The notes under the pieces: generated by a model
What the model was told of the DNA's origin: nothing
Database searches by the model: none
Seen by the model: only the letters and a program-made list of their open reading frames with translations
Origin: Lytechinus pictus
Taxonomy: Eukaryota
Assembly: GCF_037042905.1 (NCBI RefSeq)
Contig: NC_087251.1
Span: 35,590,001 to 35,654,000, forward strand
DNA: 64,000 bases
Direction: 5' to 3'
Shown here: one piece after another, positions 50,883 to 63,312 of the stretch
How the letters are laid out: every line of letters begins with the position of its first letter
How positions within the stretch are numbered: position 1 is the stretch's first letter
Position numbers and translations under genes: made by a program

Positions 50883-51584
50883 AGGCACAAACATCAGCTT
50901 GTCGAATAATAATAATCCAAGAAAACGCCGTCAACATAAATGACAGTTTGAACATTATTCTGTTCATATTTTCTGAATGCCATCCATAGACATGTGTTAC
51001 AATCCATTAAGTTAAGCGAAGAAATAGAAAAACGAGAACTTCACTTTAATGTTAACAATGAACAGTTAACAATTAGTTTGTTATTACAACATAATTTGAG
51101 AACATAACTTACATTATTTTACCTTTGTATCAAAATCTGCTGTTTATACACTATCTGAACCTATCTACATTGAAATGGAATAGAATAAATGATAAGAATA
51201 AAGAATCATCCTTGACTGTATAGTGTTTCATGTTATCACCATCTGTACTGCGGATGAATGAAGTTGATTTAAAGGAGTCATATCTACTGGTTTTAATATA
51301 CTTCTTGCGAGTCAGAGAGCCGGGCAGGTCGTGTGAGTTAAAATGAAAAGTATGGAAGTATGAACAAAACAGTATGAAAAAGTCAGAGAGTTTTGATGGG
51401 TAAAAGTCTGGAAGGAGTAGAGCTTGAGATGTCACTATTATCATGATTATAATCACACGTTGGATTACCAATAATTGTTGAAATAAGAGGCAGAGAGAGA
51501 GTCGGCTTTCACCTTTCCAATAGGATATCCCAAGTTCAATCACGCGAGTTGGCCGTGCATGGGGCGATCGATTCGTGAACCGCG

Positions 51585-52364
51585 AGGCACTTGACATATC
51601 TGCTGGTAGGCGGAGAAAGATAACTTTTCACTTTTTAACTGTATAGAAATCATACGTCTATTTTGCGCATCGTATCCTATACGTGACGATTGCGCCACGG
51701 TGGTGCAATACCGGGTAAAGGGTAATTCCCTGGGATGACATCACGGTGCTTATGTAGCAGGTGACGTCATGCGAGGCGGTTGACATATCCGCTGGTAGGC
51801 GGAGAAAGATCACTTTTTCAATAGGAAACTGTGCAGAAATCATATGTCTGTTTTGTGCATCGTATCATATGCTAAAAATACCCGTGCACGTTGCTGCATC
51901 GTGCGATAAGGTCGACCGGAAGTCATCCATACGCGGCAATGACGCAACGGTGGTGCAATACCGACGGTGCATTAAGGGTAATTCCCTGGGATGACATGAC
52001 GGTGGTTGCATACCGGGTAAAGGGTAATTCCCTGGGATATGACATCACGGTGCTTGCGTAGCTGCGTCGTAATACCATTTCATGGCTGACCGGAAGTCTG
52101 GGTCAGGCCGTCCGGGTCAAATGTCATGTGGTCAAAGGCTGACGGGGTCAAAGGGCACGGCTGATCGGGCTAAAGGTCATGACCGGGTCAAAGGGCGTGG
52201 ATGACCGGGTCAAAGGGCATGGGTCAAAAGGTCATGGGTCAAAGGTCACGGCTGACCGGGTCAAAGGGCATGGGGTCAAAGGTCATGGCTGACCGGGTCA
52301 AAGGTCATGACCGGGTCAAAGGTCAAGTAGGTGTGAGGTGTATAAGGTCTATCCTATAACTACT
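51585..52364. mobile_element. Probable Polinton/Maverick terminal repeat region (single end)
   Basis: Internal direct repeats and a GGGTCAAAGGTCA array, then an abrupt end in ...CCTATAACTACT (5'-AGTAGTTATAGG on the minus strand), matching the AGTAGT terminus of Polintons. No partner end or core genes in the window. Confidence 0.55.
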
Positions 52365-53550
52365 TTTAGTCCATTAGATATTCTTTGCTGCAACTTATTT
52401 CACTATAAGGGAGACATATCATTCACACTGGTATGAAAAAATGAAACAATTTTGATTCCATGTATAACATAAGAAAAAGGATAGTGGGGATGTGACATCA
52501 TCAACCCACTTAATTAATATTCATGACGACATGCATATCACCGTTTTCACAAAATATTGCTAAACTTTATAATGAAATAACTTAACTATTTGTTATAAGT
52601 TTTTGATAAAATTTGTTTATTTTGATAAAATGTATTTGATATAAATATTTTCAGTACCCCCCCCCCCAAAAAAAAAAAACACACAAGATAAGTATCTGAA
52701 TAAACATGCGTGCGCGTGTTTAGATTTAGACCTAGTATCTGGGCATTCTAAATACAAATACATTTTTTATTATAAAAAAATAATAATGCGGGTGCGAAGC
52801 GCGAGCAGAAAATATTTGATATATCCGATCTTAAAAAGGGGAATTTAAACACTATTTCAAGTACTGTGTCGGAAAATTCTGAATTCGTTACATTTATGTC
52901 ATCATACCTGCCAGATTTCGAGGAGGTGCTGCCTATGGGAAATAACACACGCAGCACTCCCAAAGACCTCCGCCATGGGGCAGGGCGAAAAAGCCTGTGA
53001 AACTTGATTTCTATACTGTCTGACTTGTAATTGTTAATACACAACTTGGGCGTACTCTTGATTCGACATAAAACCTGGAAGTTTCAAGTCCAACCACAGC
53101 CATGTCCCTTCCTGCCTGCTATCGAGTAGTATGTATGGTTATCCCATAGGGCTATTATAGCTCCATGGTTATCCCATATCGCGCGCGACCACGTCTTTAA
53201 GATCGGAGTGCCGGAGCTTGATTGAGTCGCGTTATAGGAGGGATATATGTTATTGGAATATGTGAAAGACAGTAGTAAATGATTTGTGATTGTGGGATGT
53301 GATGTACATTATAACATACATGTATTTTTTAAAAAAATACAGGGGGAACCTGATTTCGTGGGGGTGCTGCCTATGGAAAATAATACACGCAGCACCCCCA
53401 GGAAAATTTCTGGGGGTGCTTCCCAGGTCCATGAAGCTAATTTATATAGGTCTTAATCATGGAATTTGAAAAACAGTTGATTTGGTAATTAAAGAAAAAC
53501 ACTTAATATTTAACAGATCATGGATATATATTATAGACCACTAACTTAAG

Positions 53551-53964
53551 CCAGTTCGTAGTTCCTTTCTGCGCATGATCAAAAGATTCTACGCATGATC
53601 AGAGGAAGGTCATTTGTACTAAAGTGACATGGTGGTTTTAAATCTAATGAGATAAGCACCAACTTTGATGTCTTGATTATTCATATATTCTTTTGAATTG
53701 TGGTTTTCATTTACATCCACAAAAAAGAACAATGCGTCCACGAACGACTGGTATTTCACAGTTTGCCAAGTACATTATGCAACATGCTAAGATATGCATT
53801 CAAAGTAGGAATGCAACAAATACCTTCATAAAGTGTTCATTGGTGTGCTATTCTAGTCACCTAGTCTATTCAATTTCTTCATTCTGCTATGTAAGGCAAG
53901 CTTACGTAATATCTTATTTTGAAATCTGCCTATCGAAATTGTCCATGAAGTAACTACGAACTGG
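53551..53964. mobile_element. MITE
   Basis: TIR CCAGTTCGTAGTT / AACTACGAACTGG; interrupts the duplicated 3' UTR-like sequence. Confidence 0.7.
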
Positions 53965-54492
53965 TCTATAGGAGGCACTGAATTTATAAAAAACGTTGGA
54001 TGTCCAATCTAATTGATTGGAGGCTTTATTCTAATCGCATGCAGAAAATTGTATAAAATGATATTTCAGAGCATAGGAAGACACTGTATATTGATTCTAT
54101 GTCACGTCATATTTTGGTAAATGAAATTTGTTACCAAAAGTGCACCTATGCCTGACGGGAGTTTTTGTTACCAGTTTTATGTGAAGTTATAACATAATGT
54201 GCCTGCACATTTTGAATAATATGCACATTTTGGTAACGTAGCATTAAAAAAAAAATTGACTGTTATTATGGAGAAAAGGTTGATAATTATGGTATTGGAC
54301 TAGAGACAAATATATAAAAAAATCGAGTGCATTGGGCACTGCGTTTTCATAGTAACGACGTAAAAAAATGAAGGAAATTTTAATGTCATTACATTATCTC
54401 GCTATCCGGCATGGTTGTTTTTCGTTGGTTAGAATGAAACCTCGATTCGTCAGGGGTAGTATTTGTCTGCGTGTGTGTGTGGGGGTACACAC

Positions 54493-55480
54493 TTGGTCCA
54501 ACTGACAGTTGTCCAATACCGACTTGCTCCAATACAAATTTGGTCCAACTCCCACTCGGTCTAATGACCGTTACTGTGGGCAGGACAGGTTTCGGACATT
54601 AAATTTGAGTTATATCTGCATGACCCGTCGCTTAACTCTTCTATTTAAAAAAAAAAATACAAAGCAAAAAAAAATACATGTATATCTTAGATTTCTCCTC
54701 TTGTTTTTCCCCTCCCCCCCCCCTTTTTTTTTTTGTTCAGAGTTATCCAATGAATGTAATCAGATATTGAATTGTTCATTTTTTTAATCATTTTTTTTAC
54801 TAGGGGTGTTTTTATGACTCTGATATTGAAATATAGACCAATGAAATTGGCAGAGTAATGTTCATTTATTATTTTTGAGGAGCTGTATTTTTGGGGTTTT
54901 GTTTTGATTTAGATTACGTTTTTTTTTTCATAAGTATTTGTTTATCGATCTCTATCACTACCTTTCTCTATCTCTCTCTTTCTCTCTTGAACAAGGTGTC
55001 AGTTAATTTGGACATGTAATAAATAGTATTTCTGTTTGTAATCAATTAAATTGTAACCTTTTTTGTCCTTATCATATTTTGTTTTGCGTCTTGTTTTGTT
55101 TGTTTGTTTTTTGCATTTGAAACAAATATGTAATTTAATGAAATAAAATAAATTTTCAAACTTCAGATCTGAAGAGAAAGTTATTGTACATTGTATATCT
55201 GATAGTAGGAAAGTCAATAATGTTCACAAAAGGGGTGAATGTGTGTAGGGGTATATGAAAGGCAAGAGCTGAGGGACGTGTACACCTGTTATTACCACGT
55301 GGTTGCATAGATTTATACACATTAGACCAAATGGGCAATGGACCAAGTGGGTATTAGATCAACTGTCATTTGTACCAATTTTGGCATTGGACAAACTGTT
55401 AATTTATTGGACCAAGTGGGTATTGGACCAAATGGATATCGGACCAAACGACATTCGACCAAACGGCTATTGGACGAAAT
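54493..55480. mobile_element. Degenerate foldback MITE with TTGGTCCAA / TTGGACCAA subrepeat arms
   Basis: Opposed subrepeat clusters at 54493-54565 and 55322-55480. Confidence 0.55.
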
Positions 55481-56536
55481 TACATGACCTCCTAACAATG
55501 AATGAGTACAGACAACTGAGCGAATGATCCCATTAACAAAATGTGCCGTCAATGTTCTGCAATTATCAAAACATAGTTTCGGCACATTTTGGTAAATTGC
55601 CAAAATGTGCAATTTACCAAAAAGTGCCGTGACAGTCGTCATTCGCTACAACCACAATGAAAACGCCTCGCTGATCTCGTCTTTTTGTTAAAAGGTGAAC
55701 CATGACGGTAGCACTGGTGAACCCTTCTTTTGGAATCCCCACTTCCTACCTGTTCGTACCATACCAACACAGAACCATTCTTTTGTTGTAGGCTTTATTT
55801 GCATTTCAATTTGGCTAAAACTATTGCAGTCGTATACTGTATTACAATCTAAATATTATGTACATTGTAGACCTTTCCAATATTTTATATTCATGAGTAC
55901 GCCTTATATTATCCATTTGCCCCAGGGGCGGATCCAGGATTTTCAAAGGGGGGGGCACATTTTCCCGAGGAAAAATTTGACATTTCGTCCACGAAAAAGT
56001 TTGACAAGCAAAAAAAAAGATTTCTTCACTTTCAAAAGGGGCGGGCACTTCTGTTTTAATGGCATTTTTACATTACAAATTTTGATTTTGCCTTTCAAAG
56101 GGGGGGGGGGCACGGGTCGGCACTCAAAAGGTTCTGATTTTATCTCTTTTTTTTTATTACCCCCCCCCCCCCCCCACCCATCCGAAACATGGATCGCCGC
56201 CCCTGGCAGTGAACAAGATGAATATTCATTTCAAATTGAATTTCCGGTATTCCAAGAACAGTTGTAAAACGGAAAGTTTATAATCTAAGAGTGGTTGAAC
56301 TGCAAATTAAACATAGGGTCCTACCAAACTAAGTGAATTTATATATAAGGAACCTCGATATAAGAAGCAGGGGACAGAATGGGAAAGATGATAATCATGT
56401 ATAGGGTCGGGAGAAAGTTAAAACGGGAACTAATGAGAAAGAAATAGCGTTGGAGAGAATAAATAAATTATTTTTTTAGGTTTTCATACACCCCATTTTC
56501 AAGCAACCTCTCTCTCTTTGTTTGTTCGTTACACAG

Positions 56537-58368
56537 ATGGGAAGGAAAAGAAATCGGAAGAAGTCGGGACGGGCGTCTGACCCACAGCCTCCATCCAAGG
56601 AGACAAGTGTACCTCATTCATCTCATTCACCTGATCCTACGCCCCCTTCAGATGCAGCTCCATCAGGTATTCGAACTTCCGAAAGAGGGTCAGAGCCTGA
56701 CTTTGACGGGGTATAAATGTGTCTGAAAATTTCGACAAGCAACACATTTCGTACCCAAACAAATTGACAAGCAAAAAAAGATAAATGAATAAAGGTCATC
56801 GCTCATTATTTTTTACGGGGTGCAGCTGCATACCCCCCCCCCCCCCCACATCCACGCCTTGAAGGTTCAGAACGACATAACTGTAATTCAGATAATCACA
56901 TGCCTCTCATTTAAAGTCTGCTTCCCACATCAACATCAAAGTGGTTTTAATAAAAATGGAAAATCGATCTAGTTCAAACAGTGTCAGTTGTGGGAACGAT
57001 CTAAAATGTGTTCGAACGGAATTTAATGCAATCAAAGTATTTATGAAAAAAGTGCTTAATTCTGGTGCAGTGCTGAAAAAAATGACAAAACAAGCACGAC
57101 ATTCTAGACAGGTGTCGGATCTTTTCCCGACATCTGAAAACAGAGACTTCTTCCGTTACAGTGACGAAAACTACGATGCATTTTAGCCTTATCACCATTT
57201 ACTTGAACTAGATATATAGCTCGCTGAGAAAGGTGTGTTACATTGACATGATTATAGGGTTGAACTAAAAATACGAGGCATCTGTAACCTGGACTATCGT
57301 ACTTGGATTATTTGTATCACTAATTTTGTCTAATTAACCCATCAACATGTCATGGTTTTATTAACTTTTTTGTCTTGCAGATGAATCGCCCACGATCGTG
57401 GTTGATGGGAAGACTTTAATTTTTAAGAACATTGTGACAATCAATATTAGCGATGTAAACACATTTCATGTTGGAGACGTTTTTCACCATGACCATACTC
57501 ATGTGGAACATGGCGGAACTACAATATTCGAGGGTGAGATCGTGTTTTTTTTCTTTTGATGGAGATTAGACCTATCATTAGTTATGTGTTTATGGAATCT
57601 AGCAGATGTATTAGGCTCTTTACATAGCTCATATCGATATCTCGATCTGTCCCTCTCTTTCCCTTTCCCTATACTATTTCCCATCTTTCTCTCTCTTTTT
57701 TTTCTCTCTTATTCTGGACAGGGAGGACAATACTTTTTTCACAGTACTTTTCTCAGCAAGATCGTGCACTATGTTTACATAATGTTTACATCTGTGCCCT
57801 TGTTTGCATACTGCTATACTTGCCTTTATAAAATCATATATATAGTTTGTCATTTTTCCAGTGAGAGACAGACAAATTTACGTATTCTATAAATTCAGAT
57901 AAGCATCTTGATTATTCAAAATCAAGAATCGTTTCTCCTTTTTTTTAGAAATGGAAGTGGAAGCAGGCATCGAGCCTTTACCAGATTCTGCTACAACGGG
58001 AGAGGTTGATGCTGATGCTACTCCTGAAGCTGATGAACTCCTGCAGATAGTTTTCGCGAATCGCAACAATGTGGAAAAATGGAAAGAGAACAGAGACCTT
58101 TGCGCCAAATTAATGTCCCTCTTTGAACAACAAGGTGCCCTTCTCAGTAAGGCTCAGTTTGACTCCATTCATTTCTTCGTTCGTATCATGGTTGGGCCAA
58201 ACAAGGATGCCTTCATTCAAGCCTGTACAGACCGTAACAGCACCTTATTCCAAGGCTTGACAAGTCTCCTAGTAACTCCAGAACTCGAAGAAGCTGCTGG
58301 AATAAGAATAAGACTAAGATTGGCCGTCAAAGACACACCAGCAAAAGATGTCTTGTCGGCACCAAAAG
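56537..58368 (+). CDS. N-terminal exons of an uncharacterised protein: basic/Pro-Ser-rich start, RHIM-like motif, TRADD-N-like domain; continues downstream
   Basis: Exons 56537-56666, 57381-57533 and 57949-58368 have strong pyrimidine-tract acceptors, GT donors and consistent phase 1, with no stop. A possible further phase-1 exon at 62325-62387 is weaker. Domain labels are pattern-based only. Confidence 0.72.
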
Positions 58369-58719
58369 GTACCTTAGCTTGATACAAAATAATTTATTAT
58401 TCTCATAAGCCTGTATTTTAAGAAGCCACAGAGCTTCCCTCTTTAACACTTTTTCTGATGCACCCTTGCAATGTTCATAAATACTATGCTACAAGAAGAA
58501 TAATATACCTGAAGGCAACAAAAAATAATCGATGACATTATGATAATGTGATTACTTACTCATTTTGAACTTCTCCTTGTAAGCATGGGGTATATTATAC
58601 AATTTAGGCGCCGCTTAAAAAATTGTACACTGATATAATATTAGCAAAAGTAAAGGAAAGACTATCCCCCAGCAAAGCACAATCATATCATCTTTTACTA
58701 CCCTTTTCCCAACAACTTC

Positions 58720-59340
58720 GCCGGTTTAAAATAATCAGCAGTGCGCTGCCTGCATATAACTGGCGCCAATTAAGAATAATCAGCACCACCTAAATCTAAA
58801 TCGGCGCCGGACAAGAATAATCACCGCCATTTGGTTATAAATCGGCGCCAGACAAGAAAAATCGACGCTGCTTGAGTTCTTAACCGGCGCCGATCAAGGA
58901 TAATCAGCGCCACCTAAATCTAAATCGGCGCCCGACAAGAATAATCAGCGACATCTGGTTATGAATCGGCGCTGCCAGAGTCTTAACCGGCGCCGATCAA
59001 GAATAATCGGCTCCACCTAAATCTAAATCGGCGCCGGACAAGAATAATCAGCACCACCTGGTTAAAAATCGGCGCCAGTCAAGAATAATCGGCGCCAGTC
59101 GATTATGAATTGCCTCTGCCTGAATCTTACGTGACGTCGGTAAAAATAATCAGCACTACTTGTTCTAAATCAGCGCCGGTCAAGACAAATCGGCGCTGCC
59201 TTTGTCTTAACAGGCGCCACCTAAATTTAAATCGGCGCCGGTCAAGAATAATCGCCGGTAGAATAATGAAGAAGGGCCTATTGCCAACCAAATCTAGATC
59301 GGCGCCGGTCAAGAATGATCAGCGACACCTGGTTATACAT
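58720..59340. repeat. Degenerate ~40-bp tandem repeat (AAATCGGCGCCGGACAAGAATAATCAGCGCCACCT)
   Basis: Recurring GGCGCC / CAAGAATAATC units. Confidence 0.85.
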
Positions 59341-59924
59341 TTTATTGTTGAATGGTCATAACAAAGCCTCGCATGCCCTTACATAGTGGACTGGGGCGGG
59401 GGAGTTGCACAAAGATGTCATGAAATCTTTAATTTGTTATTTAAACAATTTCAAAATCATACAAAAGCGTAGAGCAAATCCTTTAATTTTTATCTTATTT
59501 TCCAATGCTTTAATAAAAAAAAAGGTCAGTCACTTTTCTTCTTTACACATTCCACATTGTGCCACCTCTATGGCCTTTAGTGTAATACAGCTACTATAGT
59601 GTTTTATGAAGATGATTCGATATTTAGTCCAAAACTTTGCTAAAACCCGTTGCTATTACCGGGAGTGTATGATTACGCAACCAGACGTATATTCGTTAGA
59701 CCTTAAACCACTAAATATCATTTTCAATGTATCGTCCCACCAATAAAAGTATTGGGGGGGGGGCAAACATCGTTTTGCCCCCCCCCCCCCCCCAATAATT
59801 CCGCATGTGCAAAAATAAAATAAGATGGTAATGTTACACAGAAATCAGCAAGCGAGATTGAGCTACACAACCCGTTCTTTATTTAAAATCGTGCTCAAAT
59901 TGTCAGCTTTTCAGATTGGAATAT

Positions 59925-62900
59925 AAATATTTTCAGCTCGCGCTTCGCGCTCGCATCATTTCTGTAGCAAAACCCCATACTTTTCATGATTAAATAGGTG
60001 AATAGAATGTTCCGTTTTCAGTTATAAACCTCAAAAGAACTCCCGCTTCGATTTGCAATAATCGTTTGTTGGATATAAGCTTGTTCTTTATTAAAAACGT
60101 CCATTAAACTGTCATTTTTTTCAGATCGAAATATCAAAATTTTAAGCGCGCGCTTCGCGCTCGCATCTATTCTCTTTTTTAGATACCCATCTTAATCATT
60201 GGTACCAAAAATGCTAAGAATATCAAGCTTTCTGGTCAGAATATAAAGAAATTTCAGATCGCCCTCGGCACTCGCATTATCTGTGTAGTGAGATATGTAT
60301 TCTCCTCATGAGTTACTACAAACAGTCTTTAAAAGGCACCTTTTTCCTGTTTTCAGGTCAGTGTACTAAAAAATTTCAAATTCCCGATCAGTTGTTGTGA
60401 AAACACATTTTTTCCTTAACATTTCATGAAAACTATGAAAAATGTGCAAATGTGAGATGTGCACCAAGTACTTTTATTACACTTGTAAAAAAAATAATAA
60501 TCGCCCCATTGAGCAGCTCGGTCCGTTTACTCTATCGTTTTTATTTTTTTTTCAAAAATATGTTTGAGTCTTGCCCCCCCCCCCACCCCCCCCCCCCCGG
60601 AAATATTATCTGCGTGTGGTCATGCAAAATGGAATGACTGGAAATCCTACATTTTGAAAAGAGCATTTTCTTTTATTTCTTTCTTCTTTTCTCTCGATAA
60701 GAAGAAAATGCTATGCTTCGGAGCGGCTTTCTTAGTTCTTTTTCTCAATAAGATGAAAATGCTATGCCCTGGAACGGAAATTTGAGTGTAAAAATGGGGG
60801 TCCCCTCCGCGGCACATACCCACTATGCATTATATACTGAGTGCCCCCCCCCCCCGGTGCATAGGTCTAATGAAAAAAAATGTAAAAATAATCCTCCGTG
60901 CCTTAAGTTTCATGAGTCATGTGAGTCGGGTAGATAAGTCAGTTTTTTTAAGGTCATGGCCAGTAGCGTACCGTGACTCGGAGGAGACAAAGCATTGGGG
61001 GGGGGCAAAGCATTGTTCACAGACAATGCAGTGCCCCCCCCCCCCCAGTGCTTTGTCTCCTGCGGTTCACGGTACGCTACTGGTCATGGCTGTACACAGT
61101 GGGGGCAGTCGCTCCCCCTCCCCCCCCAAAAAAAAAATTTTGAAAACTCACATTTTCACTGCAGATTTTCAAAAAATTCACAAAAATTATGCTCAAAGTC
61201 CATTATTTTTTCTTAACAAATAATAAGCTTGGTAGCTTCGCTCCCTCACTTTTGAGATTTTTTCCAAAAGGTTTACGCGTGCTGCCCCCCCCCCCCCCCA
61301 CCCCAGCGAAAAAGTTCTGCATACGGCCATGTTTCGCTCCGCCGCCCCTGGCTCATGCCGAGGCATGGCGTCCGTCGTAATTTAATCTGTTTGTTTAAAA
61401 ATGAACTAGGTGTGGGCTTCAAGCCTTCTACACAAACTTTGAACCTCAAAAAATATGCTAATTTATGCGCATTTTTTCATAATTCACAAACACTGCTTAT
61501 CTATGATTTCTTGACCGATTTTGATTTTTTTCCCATCTGGGACAGACATGTCCCACGACAGATTTCTATTCTTTCTTTATTTCATTTTTATCTTCTGCAG
61601 CCTTGCAGTGTTCTTAAGTGCTTCTCTTGTTTTTTTTTTCTTTTTGCTTTTCCTTCCTTAAAATTTACATTCGCTCATGTCATTGTACCTTCATTTCATG
61701 TTTCTTTTCATCCCTTTAATTTTTTTTCCTTTTATCCATCCCCGTTCCTTTTTGTGTTATTTCTCACATATTCATATATTCCTATTTCCTTTCCATCTTT
61801 CCTTCCTTTTCCTTTCTTTTCTTGTTTTCCTGTTTTCTTTTTCATTTCTTTTCCAATTTCATTATTTCCCTCCTCTCCTTTCAATGTTTGAATATACATA
61901 TATATATACAGTATATATATATATATATATGTAACAATGGAGGGGGAACTTATGCATTCTTAAGATTTCAATTTCTACCACTTGAACCACTAGCGTACCT
62001 AAGGGGGGGGGGCAGGGGGGCAGACTGCCCCCCCCCCCTGACGAGTTACAAGCAAAAAAAAAGAAGCGAAAAGGGAAAGAAAAAAGAAAAGAGGAAAAAG
62101 GAAAGAGAAAAAAGGGGGAAGGGGAAAAAGAGTTTAAGAGAAAGGGGGAAACAAAAACTGGACTGCGGACTGTCGGAAAAAATATAAACTGTCGGGCACA
62201 CGGGGCTGTTCCAACTGATTCGGTTTTTTAGTTCCACCATCTTTGTTGGTAAATGTCAATTAAACTGTACACTTTTATCGGTATATTGTGATTTTTACGC
62301 AATGCGACTTTTAGAGCTCTCTAGTACCGATAGTGAGGACGGACTGGTCTGACCAGGGACAGGAAAAAGGTAGAGAACAACTTTTAGGTAATGTAATTAT
62401 AACAATAAAAATTTCGCTCGCGCTTTGCGCTCGCATCAATTTTTTTAGTTGGATATTTAAGATAAATGTCTAGTTTTTAGGTTAAAATATCAAAAAATTT
62501 CAGCTCGCACTTCGCGCTCGCGTCAATTGATTAGTTAAAAACCAATTTGTTCACCGTTACAAAAAGTGCTTAGGCCGGAATATCAAAATTTTTAGCTCGC
62601 GCTTCGTGCTCACATATAACTGTTTAGGTATATCCATCCTGTTCATAGTTAAATGAAGTGTTTAGAATGTCCGGTTTTCAGGTCGGAATATAAAGAATAA
62701 AAAATATATCATTAGAAACCAATTTGTTCACGGTTATAAAAATTGCTTAGAATATCATGTTCTTAGGTCGGAATACAAAATAAGTGTCAGCTCGAGCTTC
62801 GCACTCGCATAAAATTCCATCCTGTTCATAATTAAATGAAGTGATCAGAATGTAAAGTTCTCAGGTCGCTTCGCGCTCACACCAATTAATTGTTTTTAAC

Positions 62901-63312
62901 TACCATCTTGTTCATAGTTCCAAAAAAAAGGGTGCTTAGAATGTCCACTTTTCAGGGGGGAATATCTCAAATTTTCAGCTCGCTCTTCGCGCTCGTATCA
63001 ATTTATTATTCAGTTAGAAACCAATTTGTTCATGGTTACTAAAAGTGCTTAGAATATCAAGTTCTTAAGTCGGAATATCAAAAGTTTTAGTTCACACTTC
63101 GCGCCCGCACGACTGTTTAGATACCCATCCTGTAAAACTGCTTAGAATGTCTAGTGTCCAGTTAGGAATATCAAAATTTTTAGCTCGCGCTTCGCGCTCG
63201 CATAATTAATTAAGTAATATACCCATCACCATTCAGAATTAAGTGCACAAAATGTATCATTTTAGGTCTAAATTTTTAGAAAAAAATTCAGCTCGCGCTT
63301 CGCGCTCGCAAT
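59925..63312. repeat. Clusters of the dispersed repeat with core TTTCAGCTCGCGCTTCGCGCTCGCAT (59925-60290, 62410-63312)
   Basis: The same core occurs at ~45170-45750 and in reverse at ~14935-15530 and ~52790. Confidence 0.8.
60660..60857. mobile_element. Right-end fragment of the CCCGGG-TIR MITE family
   Basis: Nearly identical to 50290-50475. Confidence 0.85.

Larger units (their letters stand above)
43195..53433. mobile_element. 10.2-kb hAT-like composite/nested element
   Basis: Exact 8-bp TSD AAGCTAAT at 43187-43194 and 53434-53441; imperfect TIR CAGGGCCAAGGGAAC vs CATGGACCTGGGAAG; the flanks rejoin colinearly with the paralogous sequence at ~34410-34550. Confidence 0.75.

Noticed and set aside
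51151..51597. 148-aa minus-strand ORF
   Set aside because: No recognisable motif and it begins in the repeat block; cannot be supported as coding.
45868..52364. LINE plus Polinton end moving as one unit with AGTAGT...ACTACT termini
   Set aside because: Flanks TCGACC and TTTAGT are not a TSD, the inverted match stops after 6 bp, and the left AGT run is the LINE tail.
61355..62240. Long Phe-rich and Lys-rich ORFs (also poly-Thr 20458-20700 and poly-IY ORFs)
   Set aside because: Artefacts of low-complexity and microsatellite sequence.
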